From a virus (lineage: Duplodnaviria; Caudoviricetes), in IMG/VR virus record IMGVR_UViG_2744054987_000003, positions 1 to 64,000 of that record: a stretch of 64,000 nucleotides of DNA; one strand, written 5' to 3'. Numbering within the stretch: the first letter of the stretch is position 1; each line of letters starts with the position of its first letter. The translations under genes and the position numbers were made by a program. Shown piece by piece: positions 17,733 through 26,045 of this stretch. Under the pieces are notes generated by a model that was not told the origin of the DNA, did no database searches, and saw only the letters and a list, made by a program, of their open reading frames with translations.

Positions 17733-18586
17733 TAGTCGGGTTGTTCGAGCTTGTCGTAGCAGCCTGGCACACCGAGTTTGGCGCAGGCGGCACCGAGTGC
17801 CTCCATCGGCGTGCGTCCGCCCAGGAAGTCCCAGCGAGTCAGGTATTGCAGCCACATGTCTGCGGTCTGGACGTCGGGGTCATCGGGCATGGGAATGGCA
17901 GTCGGACTTGACACAGGGGTGCCTCCTGACGGCGGTGGCGGCGGCGGCGGCGGTGGTGGGGGTGCGCTGTCGATGCCACACGAGGCGGCGAACTGCTGCG
18001 GGGTCACGCCGTCGGCGGAGTTCATGTCGCAGCGACCGAACGGCGGGCAGCCTTCGGGCAGTCCGCCACCGTAGCCCTGGCCGTCGGTGTACTGGTGGGC
18101 GATCTTGCCGGGGAAGTCGGGGTTGGAGCCGTATGCGGCGACGATGAACTGGTTTTCGCGCCGGTTACGCCACATACTGTTGAGGTCGTAGGTGTTGCCG
18201 TAGGCGATGACTCGTCGCGGGTCGCCGGTCCAGGCGCTGAGCGCGTCGTCGGTGGCGTTGAGTGCGTCGGAAAAGTCGCCGGAAGGGTTGCCGCCGCGTT
18301 CGACGTCGATCATCAAGATGGTCTTGGGGTGCAGACCACCGTTGTCGTTGATCATGTCCTGATGGGTGGCCACTGACTGCTGCCAGTTGGGTCGCCAGTA
18401 GAAGTAGATGATGCCGCAGGCGAGGCGTCCATCGTCGAGTGCGCGGCGCATCCAGGCGTAGTTGCGTGCGAAGTTGTGATCACGGTAGGTGCCGTCGCTG
18501 GTGCGGATCGACAGCACCTCGTACGGGTATGAGTCGTCGACCGGAACTTGAAATTCCGAAACGTCGGCAAAAATGGTGTCTGCCAC
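17732..18586 (-). CDS. lysA: Lysin A, GH25-like muramidase with Pro linker and cell-wall-binding tail
   Basis: ADVSEFQ, IYFYW, MIDVE, HQYTDG, CDMN; poly-Pro linker; W-x-x-LGGRT-x-x-EAL tail. Confidence 0.85.
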   Translation of the reverse strand: MADTIFADVSEFQVPVDDSYPYEVLSIRTSDGTYRDHNFARNYAWMRRALDDGRLACGIIYFYWRPNWQQSVATHQDMINDNGGLHPKTILMIDVERGGNPSGDFSDALNATDDALSAWTGDPRRVIAYGNTYDLNSMWRNRRENQFIVAAYGSNPDFPGKIAHQYTDGQGYGGGLPEGCPPFGRCDMNSADGVTPQQFAASCGIDSAPPPPPPPPPPPSGGTPVSSPTAIPMPDDPDVQTADMWLQYLTRWDFLGGRTPMEALGAACAKLGVPGCYDKLEQPD

Positions 18587-18602
18587 TGAGTCCTCCTGGT
18601 GT

Positions 18603-18617
18603 CTCTACTTATTCAGG
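18603..18617 (-). promoter_or_regulatory. Late-type motif CCTGAATAAGTAGAG upstream of lysA-terL
   Basis: Copy of the recurring motif. Confidence 0.6.
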
Positions 18618-18774
18618 AGTCGTCGTCGGCGAAGTAGTCGCCGCAGCATCCGCAGTCGCACGGACGGTGCTCGTAGACAGCCTTGGGGTGGCGTGGCTGT
18701 CCTTTGGTACGGATGTCGACCGAGAGACGTTGAGTGCGGTGGGAGGATTCTGCGCAGCCGCAGACGCATTTCAT
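18613..18774 (-). CDS. 53-aa Cys-rich protein (MKCVCGC...CDCGCC)
   Basis: TAAATG coupling; below the ORF-track cutoff. Confidence 0.55.
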   Translation of the reverse strand: MKCVCGCAESSHRTQRLSVDIRTKGQPRHPKAVYEHRPCDCGCCGDYFADDDS

Positions 18775-19539
18775 TTACGAGATCCGCATGATGTATGCAG
18801 CACCGGACACTGAATTTTGTGACGCGGAGATTTGACCTGCCGGGTTTGATTCGTTTTTGTTGAACGCCCAAACCGTCAGCCGCGCATTGAGGTTCGGCGA
18901 GTATGACGTTTGTACGCCATTGGCCATTGAACCTATTGGCGCGGCAGCACGCACGACGACGGCTTGCAGATCGTTGTAGGCGTAGCGTCCGATGCCGGAG
19001 GCGACCAGGGTCTGGCTGTCGTAGGTGGTGTCATTAGTAATGTCTCCGATGCGGACCTCGACAGCAGGTGTCGCCTCCAACGAAACCTGAAGTTGGGCAA
19101 CCAGAAAGACCCACGGTTGGAAGCTCCATCCGGTGACACCGAGGTCGAACTGCGCGATCTTCATCGGGGTGGTGCCGGTCGAACCGGCATAAGTGGCACT
19201 GACGCCCCAGCGGCCCCGGAAGGTGCCGAAGCCCAGCGCGGGGATCTGCGCTGCGGGCAACTTGCCATCGCCGTCGAGTGAGGCGATCCCGCCGGTATGC
19301 CCCAGTTCGGTCTTGAGGATGTTCAATGCGTCCTGTGTTTGATAGTAGGACTGTGATGCCCAATCAGAGGTCAGTTCATCGGCGTGGCCCTTGGTGGCGT
19401 AGTCGGACCCCTGGGCGGCGATCTGATCGGTGGTGTAGGTTTGGCGGCTCTGCGCTTGCAGATAGTTCTCGGTGGCTAGTTTGGTGGCGATGCCGCTGTC
19501 GCGTGACGGTTCGGGGCCGACGTATTTCAAGGAAGGCAT
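18775..19539 (-). CDS. Minor tail/structural protein
   Basis: LKYVGP N-terminal motif; GGIASLDGDGKLPAAQIP; beta-rich C-terminus. Confidence 0.7.
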   Translation of the reverse strand: MPSLKYVGPEPSRDSGIATKLATENYLQAQSRQTYTTDQIAAQGSDYATKGHADELTSDWASQSYYQTQDALNILKTELGHTGGIASLDGDGKLPAAQIPALGFGTFRGRWGVSATYAGSTGTTPMKIAQFDLGVTGWSFQPWVFLVAQLQVSLEATPAVEVRIGDITNDTTYDSQTLVASGIGRYAYNDLQAVVVRAAAPIGSMANGVQTSYSPNLNARLTVWAFNKNESNPAGQISASQNSVSGAAYIMRIS

Positions 19540-20321
19540 CAGCTCACCTCGTCTGTGGGCAGCACCATGGCCCAGAAGTCGAACCCGAGCGGGTCGTAGG
19601 TGTAGGAGCTGCCGCCGAGCAGCGACAGCCACATCGTGAGGTTCAGATCGCCGGTGATGGCCTCAGGTGTGCCGTCGAGTACCTCCACGGGCACGACAGG
19701 GAAAACGTCCATGATGCGCGAGTTGTTGGCAAGACCACCGGCATACGGATTGCCGTCGGCGTCGATGACGTTGATCTTGCCGAATGATGCGCCGCCGCTG
19801 CGCCGGGAGTGATCGACCTCCTCGGGGCAGAATCCGGCCACCGCACCGAAGACAGCCACCGTGTAGGGGTAGCCAGGGTCTGCGATGCTGAGATCGGCGG
19901 CCTGGTAAGTCTTGATGTCGGTGGATTCGACTGACTGCTGTGAGGTCAGATAGATCATCGACGCCGGAACGAATTTGACAAGATTCTCGGTGACTAGTGT
20001 GGGCAGTTGCGCGTCAGGGATGTAGGTGTTGGCGTCGAGTGTGGCCGCGCCGTTGGCGACTCCGAGCGCAGACCGGGCCACATAGAGCGCCTGGTCGGTC
20101 TTGAGCTGGTCCTTGGTGGCGAAGTCGGCTTTCATGGCGTCGACGTAGTCGGGTTTGATCAACGGCTTCGCGCTGGCGTAGTCGGCGACTGCGCCGTCAA
20201 TGTAGTCGTTGTCAGCTGCCAGACTGTCGTGAACCTGGTCGATGTAGCCCTTGTTGACCACCGACGAATCGGAGGCGATGACGCTGGCGGGATTAACGCC
20301 GACATAGCGCAGGCCGCTCAT
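19539..20321 (-). CDS. Minor tail/structural protein
   Basis: LRYVG...NKGYID; GVANGAATLD...IPDAQLP. Confidence 0.7.
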   Translation of the reverse strand: MSGLRYVGVNPASVIASDSSVVNKGYIDQVHDSLAADNDYIDGAVADYASAKPLIKPDYVDAMKADFATKDQLKTDQALYVARSALGVANGAATLDANTYIPDAQLPTLVTENLVKFVPASMIYLTSQQSVESTDIKTYQAADLSIADPGYPYTVAVFGAVAGFCPEEVDHSRRSGGASFGKINVIDADGNPYAGGLANNSRIMDVFPVVPVEVLDGTPEAITGDLNLTMWLSLLGGSSYTYDPLGFDFWAMVLPTDEVS

Positions 20322-21766
20322 GCTGCCAGCGCTATCGCCGAGAAGCTGGCTTCGTCAACGTACCCTGCCGACACAACGGTCTGCGCGGTCGTGGAAGCCA
20401 CGGTGACATACAGCGTCTGCGGGCCGGTCAGCACATCTTGCGAGCCAAGGGCCTTGGGCATGACATCGACCGGAGAGTAGCTGATCTGACGATCTGACGG
20501 CAGCCGGTCGTTGATGGTGATCCAGTTCAGTGCAGCCGGAGCGGTCTGCGCGGTGGGGAAGCCACCGAACTGAACCTGGCCGCTCTCGTAGCCGAAGCCC
20601 CAGTGCCGATAGTTGGAGCCGATCTGTGTGGCTGCTGCGACGTCGGTGTAGTTGAGGACGACGGCGTCGTTGCACAACAGCTGAAATTGGCGGGTGCTGG
20701 CCGCAGTGCCAAAGCGTGCCGCCCATTTGACCCCGGCGGCGTTGGGTAGACCCGAGACGGTGGCAAGGTAGTTCGAGGCGGTTCCGTTGACCGAGTAATA
20801 CAGACCAGCCGACCCGGCACCGACGACGAAGCCGCAGAAGGTTTTGGCGTCCGAGGAGCAGCGTCCCAGCACGAGGTTTTGCGCATCAGCGCTTGCGGGG
20901 TTGTTGGGATCGTTGCCCGGCTCGCAGGCGCTGGCGGTCAGCCAGGTGATCTCTTGAATGTCGGTGGGGGTGGTGGCGTCGTTGCCGGTGCGGATGAACA
21001 GTCCGATGCGTCCCTTGTTGACGCCGTTTTTGGAGTAAACACAGTTGGACCCGTCGGTAACGGCATGCCCGGTTCCGGGGCCTGTCCAGCTCTCCTGCCA
21101 TCCGCTGCCCAGATTGCCGCCTACGCGATTAAAGTGGTCGATGCCGAGGTAGTCATACCCCTCGTACGATCCGACGCCCTGAGCGATCACTGGGCCGGTT
21201 TTTGAACCCACTCGCACACGCACCAGGGGTGCCACCGCGCCGTCCTGGCCGGACAGTCCCAGCGTCGTGCAGAACACCGCTAACCGGTAGGGCGTGCCGG
21301 GGTCGGTGATGTCGGTGGTGTAGATGACGGCCTCGTCGACTTCCTCGATGCCGTGGGAGGCGTCTTCGGGATGAACCGATACCGGCGAACCGAAGTCGGT
21401 AGGCGACCACGGGCCATGAGGGAAGCGTTGAGTGTTGTCATGATTGATCTGTCCGCGCGATACGCGTCCGGCGGCGTCGAGGGTGGGAACGCCCCCGGCA
21501 GTGTCTTTGAAGGTCAGCGGCACGAGGTTGTCGGTGCCGGGGATACCGGCTGTCGAGTCCCCTGATTTCACATCGTCTTTGGTCGCCATGTCAGCGGTCA
21601 GAGATGTGAGATCGTCGGTGCTGACGTAGGCGCTCAAGTCGGTGCTGATCCGCGCGTCGATGGTTGAGGTGGGGATGTCGTCGTCACCCACCGAGTGCAC
21701 GTAACCACGAGTGCCCAAGTCTGCGTCGTCGACGGCGGCAGGGCCGAGGTAGTCGAGTTCAGCCAT
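20318..21766 (-). CDS. Minor tail protein with lectin-like insertion
   Basis: LDYLGP...TRGYV; GGVPTLD-x-x-GRV; DHFNR...LG-x-GW...NYRHWGFG module seen in mycobacteriophage minor tail proteins. Confidence 0.72.
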   Translation of the reverse strand: MAELDYLGPAAVDDADLGTRGYVHSVGDDDIPTSTIDARISTDLSAYVSTDDLTSLTADMATKDDVKSGDSTAGIPGTDNLVPLTFKDTAGGVPTLDAAGRVSRGQINHDNTQRFPHGPWSPTDFGSPVSVHPEDASHGIEEVDEAVIYTTDITDPGTPYRLAVFCTTLGLSGQDGAVAPLVRVRVGSKTGPVIAQGVGSYEGYDYLGIDHFNRVGGNLGSGWQESWTGPGTGHAVTDGSNCVYSKNGVNKGRIGLFIRTGNDATTPTDIQEITWLTASACEPGNDPNNPASADAQNLVLGRCSSDAKTFCGFVVGAGSAGLYYSVNGTASNYLATVSGLPNAAGVKWAARFGTAASTRQFQLLCNDAVVLNYTDVAAATQIGSNYRHWGFGYESGQVQFGGFPTAQTAPAALNWITINDRLPSDRQISYSPVDVMPKALGSQDVLTGPQTLYVTVASTTAQTVVSAGYVDEASFSAIALAA

Positions 21767-21776
21767 CGCTCTCGCT

Positions 21777-22019
21777 TTAGAAGATCCGGTTCAGAAAGTC
21801 GGTCATGCGGGTGATGGGGTCATAGCCGCGCAGGTAACCCATGAGGTGGGCGTACAACCCCAGTGCCAGCAGGGGCACCAGAACGGGATGAGCAAGCGCT
21901 TGGCGCTTGGACGTCTCAGACAGCATCTCTCGGTGTGTCCCAGCGGCCCAGATGTTGTGTCCGAGCACGAATCCGAAGATCAGCGCCCAGCCACGTGTCG
22001 GGCGCGATTCGCCGCTCAT
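21777..22019 (-). CDS. Small membrane protein
   Basis: Two TM segments; EMLSE...HP...HL pattern. Confidence 0.6.
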   Translation of the reverse strand: MSGESRPTRGWALIFGFVLGHNIWAAGTHREMLSETSKRQALAHPVLVPLLALGLYAHLMGYLRGYDPITRMTDFLNRIF

Positions 22020-22039
22020 CCCGTTCTGCCGGGTTGTCG

Positions 22040-22369
22040 TCAGCCCTCGGTGCGCACGTGGCTGGTTGCCACCGCGCCGCCGACCACTGCGGTGATGACC
22101 GCGATCCACGGACTGAGCTGGGCGTCGGTGAAGACGTGCAAGCCGACCAGCAGCGCCTGGACCGCAGCGAGCACGCCGTAGAACCAGGTGCGGAACCCGT
22201 TGACCGAGTTGATCGCGGCCAGCGACGGGGAGAGCACCGCCAGCGCCGCGCCGATCCACAGCTGCGAATTGCTCACGCCGAGCGCCAGCAGGACCACCGG
22301 GGTGAGGGTGTACAAGAACGCGCGCAGACTGTTGAGGTCGCGCAGTCGAATGACGTCGAAGATGTCCAT
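22040..22369 (-). CDS. Second holin-like membrane protein (about 4 TM)
   Basis: Internal repeat LRAFLYTL / FRTWFYGV; hydrophobic. Confidence 0.65.
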   Translation of the reverse strand: MDIFDVIRLRDLNSLRAFLYTLTPVVLLALGVSNSQLWIGAALAVLSPSLAAINSVNGFRTWFYGVLAAVQALLVGLHVFTDAQLSPWIAVITAVVGGAVATSHVRTEG

Positions 22370-22410
22370 GACGAGCCTTTCGCATCCGGGTCCGCGCCGA
22401 TGCGGGCCAT

Positions 22411-22423
22411 CCACCTATTCAGG
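22411..22423 (-). promoter_or_regulatory. Late-type motif CCTGAATAGGTGG
   Basis: Upstream of the holin/minor-tail operon. Confidence 0.6.
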
Positions 22424-22513
22424 TGCAGGCTCGTTGAGCGCGTCGACCTGACGCAGACGCTCGATCCAGCCGTCGATGTCGAAAAGATAGTGCACGTCCA
22501 TGTGTCTATGATA

Positions 22514-22555
22514 CAGCAATAGTACAGAGAGTGTCTAGTCTCTGTACTATTGCTG
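22514..22555. repeat. Perfect 17-bp inverted repeat with an 8-nt loop, overlapping a TAGACA-N18-TATCAT promoter
   Basis: CAGCAATAGTACAGAGA-gtgtctag-TCTCTGTACTATTGCTG. Confidence 0.85.
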
Positions 22556-22567
22556 CCCTCCTGTTCG

Positions 22568-23815
22568 CTACTTCGCGATCTTGCCGCGAGTGATCACGGT
22601 GGTGTCGATGCCCTCGTAGACCTCGTGAGCCTTTATGGTGGCGGCTTCCAGGTTCAAGGTGTCGCCGGTGTCCTGCGGGAACGTGCCCGAAGCGAACCAC
22701 TTGACCACGTGGCCGTCAGCGGTGCGGCCGATGAACAGCGTGGTGGTGCCGTAGTTGCCGTCGAACTCACGCACCGTGGTCAGGTGCAGGACGATGTTGC
22801 GGACGCGCTCCTTGACCTCGCCGATGTAGCCCTTGGCGACCGGGTTAGCCTCGCGCTCGGCCTCGATCTGCGCGGCCTTGGCGTAGACCTTGACCAAGGA
22901 GACCAGGATGCCCAGGTTGCGGCCCGAAACGGTCTCGCCGTCCAGGATGACCCGCAGGTTACGACCGTAGTCGGAGTTGGCCGAGGTGGTCTCGACGCTG
23001 GCCTTGATGGCGTCGAGCAGCGCGGTGTCGGCCAGGTAGCCCGCAGCCTCCTCGGCTTTAGCGGCGAAGTAGCGGCGCTCCTCCTCGGTGCGCAACTTGG
23101 TGCCGAACAGCGAGGTGCGAACCAGCTGCACGGTGGGGGTGTCGTTGTACGCCTGCGCCGAGACGTAGGCGCGACCGCCGTTGGAGTGAGCGAAGGCGAA
23201 GGCCAACACCCGGTCAACGTCCACGCCCAGGTCGCGCGAGGAGAAACCGCCGCCATCCAGCAGACCGTCGTCCTCGGTGAACTCGGCCAGCTCCTGGTCG
23301 AAGGTCAGCGCCCACAGGCCCTTGGGGGCGATGCCGGTGTACAGCTCGATGCAGCTGTGGCCCAGCTGGATGATGGAGTCGTCACGCTCGTCGCGCACCA
23401 GGTACAGCCGGGTGCGGTTGCGGTTCTTGCCGCAGTGGTCGCACTCGGTGGTGCCCTTGGGGGCGTAGCCACCCAGCTCCTGGCCGGGAGCGCTGTGGAC
23501 GGTGACACCGGCCTGCTCGGGGATCAGGGAGGCGACGAAGGTGAAGTGACCGTGGGCCAGGCGCAGCGGGCCGGTCAGAGTGGCACGTACCCAGGGCTCG
23601 TACACGGCGGCGCTGGTGACGACAACGGCCTGGTTCTCACCCGGCCGCGCACTGCGGCGCTGGAAGTTCTCGTAGGCAACCTCGAAGCGCGCGTCGAGAC
23701 CGGCGCGCTCCAGCTTGCGGTTGGCCTGCGCGACCTTGGACTGAAAGGCGGCGAGCTTGTAGGCGGGGATCTCCCACTCGTGGGTTTCGATGACGGGGGC
23801 GTTGTTTTCGCTCAT
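22568..23815 (-). CDS. Conserved large-phage protein with Zn site and C-terminal OB fold
   Basis: CDHC...R-x-R...G-x-SC; YIGEVKER...YGTT...KWFAS...ATIKAH-x-x-YEG-x-x-T-x-ITR; strong codon bias; leaderless promoter. Confidence 0.7.
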   Translation of the reverse strand: MSENNAPVIETHEWEIPAYKLAAFQSKVAQANRKLERAGLDARFEVAYENFQRRSARPGENQAVVVTSAAVYEPWVRATLTGPLRLAHGHFTFVASLIPEQAGVTVHSAPGQELGGYAPKGTTECDHCGKNRNRTRLYLVRDERDDSIIQLGHSCIELYTGIAPKGLWALTFDQELAEFTEDDGLLDGGGFSSRDLGVDVDRVLAFAFAHSNGGRAYVSAQAYNDTPTVQLVRTSLFGTKLRTEEERRYFAAKAEEAAGYLADTALLDAIKASVETTSANSDYGRNLRVILDGETVSGRNLGILVSLVKVYAKAAQIEAEREANPVAKGYIGEVKERVRNIVLHLTTVREFDGNYGTTTLFIGRTADGHVVKWFASGTFPQDTGDTLNLEAATIKAHEVYEGIDTTVITRGKIAK

Positions 23816-23821
23816 GCCCTT

Positions 23822-23851
23822 ATTTTACCACAACTGGCTAACTTATGTCTA
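23822..23851 (-). promoter_or_regulatory. Leaderless promoter TAGACA-N18-TAAAAT-N6-ATG
   Basis: -10 is 6 nt from the ATG; no SD. Confidence 0.7.
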
Positions 23852-23859
23852 ATGGGTGT

Positions 23860-24774
23860 CTAGTTCACCGTACGTACGCTGGCCTGCCGGACATTGGGGC
23901 CGTGGTAACCCCACTCGTAGTAGCTGTCGCCGTTCTGCCATAGATGCTTGGCGGGCACCGTGGTCTGAATGACCGGCCAGTCCTCGTCGCCGCCTTCTCT
24001 CCTGGCGTGTTGCTGCGCATACTCTAGCGAAGGGGTAACCCAGTCACCGGTATTGAAGGTGCCGTTCCCGTGCGGGAGCGCACGGTAGATGGTCACCGGC
24101 GCTTCCGGCTTACCACGGATGTCGTTGTAGAGCCGATGAACCTGTCTCATCTCTCGCGAGCTAACCTCGCCAGGGGCTGCGTAGTACTGCGGGTGGGTGT
24201 ACCAGTCCTCGGGTACACCGCCCATCTCATCGCTACCAGTCATGTCGTGCACGGGAAAACCTGAGTCAGGGCCGGGAGCCAGATGGTGTCCGCGATAGTC
24301 CTCGGCGGCATGCACTCGATGGCCGCGCTGGTCTTTGGGTCGAATGTCGACGATCTCGCCGGTGCCGTACTTGTCGTGGGTGATCACACCATCGTGGCCA
24401 GCATCGAGCAGAGCCTGCGAAAGTCCTTTGCCGGTCGCCCCGTACTGATCGGCCAGCGCTTTCTTCCAGCCGCCGTCGTCGTGGGTGAGACGCAGCGGGT
24501 TGGCGAAGGTGACGGTGCCGCGCTCCCAGCCGGGCTGTAGCGCGCTGTCGGGAGCGCTGTCCTCGCTCATGTAGCGCCCCCACGGCTCGACTGCCTGGTC
24601 GAAGTCGCCGGGACCGGCGTGCTGGCGCAGCCCGTTGTTGTTGCGGATGTAGCGCATCACCACCGGCGCATCCTTGGCAGCCACTTTGACGAGGGTAGTC
24701 TGCGCGGCCAGTTCCGGGTTCCAGAACGCGGCAAGTTCCACCTGCTCGCGAGCAGTGATGATCCTGCGTGCCAC
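23860..24774 (-). CDS. RRIITAREQ-tagged polyprotein with two ADP-ribosyltransferase-like domains
   Basis: GRY...FANPL...L-x-x-AGHDGVI...EIV (ART-PolyVal-like) and IYRALP...GDWVT-x-S-x-x-YA...EWGY. Confidence 0.65.
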   Translation of the reverse strand: MARRIITAREQVELAAFWNPELAAQTTLVKVAAKDAPVVMRYIRNNNGLRQHAGPGDFDQAVEPWGRYMSEDSAPDSALQPGWERGTVTFANPLRLTHDDGGWKKALADQYGATGKGLSQALLDAGHDGVITHDKYGTGEIVDIRPKDQRGHRVHAAEDYRGHHLAPGPDSGFPVHDMTGSDEMGGVPEDWYTHPQYYAAPGEVSSREMRQVHRLYNDIRGKPEAPVTIYRALPHGNGTFNTGDWVTPSLEYAQQHARREGGDEDWPVIQTTVPAKHLWQNGDSYYEWGYHGPNVRQASVRTVN

Positions 24775-24792
24775 GTCTAGCCCTCCTACCGA

Positions 24793-25701
24793 TTAGGGCT
24801 GCGTCTGCCGTGCATTGCGTCTCGCCGCAGAGATGGTCAGGCGGTGCAGCCCGACGAGCGTCAACTCGCTCAGCTCAGAGCCGACGTAGCCTCCGGCCAG
24901 GACGAACGCGACCGGGATGTCCTGCTGGAGGCACCAGTCGAAGACCAGTTGCTCGCGCTCGGCAAGCATCTGCATGTCGATGCCGACAAGACCGCCGACA
25001 GTGCAGCCCTCGTAAGGGTCCATGCCCGCGTTGTAGAGACATAGGTCGAACGGACCGTGCTCTTGTGCCCAGGCCAGCGCGTACTGAATGTTCGGCAGGT
25101 AGCTGTCGGCGTTGGATGATTCAGCCAGGAAGGCGTTGGTGCGCCGACCGGCGTTGTAGCCGTCGTAGCTACTCACCGACACGTCGGCGTGAACAATGCC
25201 GCGATCGTTTGCGATGCAGCGCACGGTGCCGCCGCCGCAATGCGCGTCGAGATCCAGGATGAGCACTCGCGACACTGCACCCTCATCACGCAGCGTGCGG
25301 GCAGCGATGGCCAGACCGTTGAAGGTGCAGAAACCCTCGCCGTAGCCCGGCTTGGCGTGGTGCAGGCCCGACGACAACGATCCGGCCACGCCGTCATCGA
25401 GCGCAGCGCGGGCAGCATCGAGCACACCGCCGTTGGTGACCAGCGTCATCTCCCACAACCCGGCGTCCCACTCGAAGCCCTGTGACTCGGCGAAACTGCG
25501 CGGCTCACCGGTACGCACCGCATCGACGTAGTTGGCCTCGTGAACACGCAGAATGTCAGCCTCGGCCAGCAGCTGCGGCTCGACGAGTTCGACACCGCTG
25601 ATCCGATTGTGGGTCAGCGAGTCGGCGATCCAGCCCGCTTTGCGTGTGGTGTCGAAGTCATGCTTCGAGAGCGTGTAAGCCGGGCTGTAGAAGACCTTCA
25701 C
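24793..25701 (-). CDS. Zn-dependent histone deacetylase-family protein (HDAC/AcuC-like)
   Basis: RVH-x-x-x-YV, GLHHA...GFCTFNG, DLDAH-x-GGGT, YNAGMD, AGGY. Confidence 0.92.
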   Translation of the reverse strand: MKVFYSPAYTLSKHDFDTTRKAGWIADSLTHNRISGVELVEPQLLAEADILRVHEANYVDAVRTGEPRSFAESQGFEWDAGLWEMTLVTNGGVLDAARAALDDGVAGSLSSGLHHAKPGYGEGFCTFNGLAIAARTLRDEGAVSRVLILDLDAHCGGGTVRCIANDRGIVHADVSVSSYDGYNAGRRTNAFLAESSNADSYLPNIQYALAWAQEHGPFDLCLYNAGMDPYEGCTVGGLVGIDMQMLAEREQLVFDWCLQQDIPVAFVLAGGYVGSELSELTLVGLHRLTISAARRNARQTQP

Positions 25702-26027
25702 CTGCCACTCATGGCACGTCGGGCCTGCTTTGCGCGGCGATTCTCACGAAACTCGCGCAGATGCTGCTCCAGTTCATGGTTCTTGCGTTCGCGGAAGTCA
25801 GCGGTGAGCGCATCCAGCTCGCGCGCCCTGGCCAGGTCGTCGGCGTAGTGGGCAACCAGCTGTTCGACAGGGATGTCGAGCTGGTGTGCCTCGATGCCGA
25901 TGGCCTCCATCAGCAGCTGTTCTTTGGACAGGTGCCCTTCGTGCAAGATGCTGTGTTTGGGCAGGTCGACGTCGGGGAAGTTGATCCCGAGGTTGTTCCA
26001 GTGCTCCAGAAATGTTTTGCTTGCCAT
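25698..26027 (-). CDS. Hypothetical coiled-coil protein
   Basis: AGGAGG RBS; coupled to the HDAC gene. Confidence 0.6.
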   Translation of the reverse strand: MASKTFLEHWNNLGINFPDVDLPKHSILHEGHLSKEQLLMEAIGIEAHQLDIPVEQLVAHYADDLARARELDALTADFRERKNHELEQHLREFRENRRAKQARRAMSGR

Positions 26028-26045
26028 GACGTCGTCTACCCTCCT

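Noticed and set aside
17733-17855. ORF-track N-terminal extension of TerL
   Set aside because: Overlaps the lysin gene; GTG at 17732 coupled to the lysin stop is more plausible
17930-17965. GGC microsatellite as a phase-variation tract
   Set aside because: In-frame poly-Pro linker of Lysin A with mixed codons
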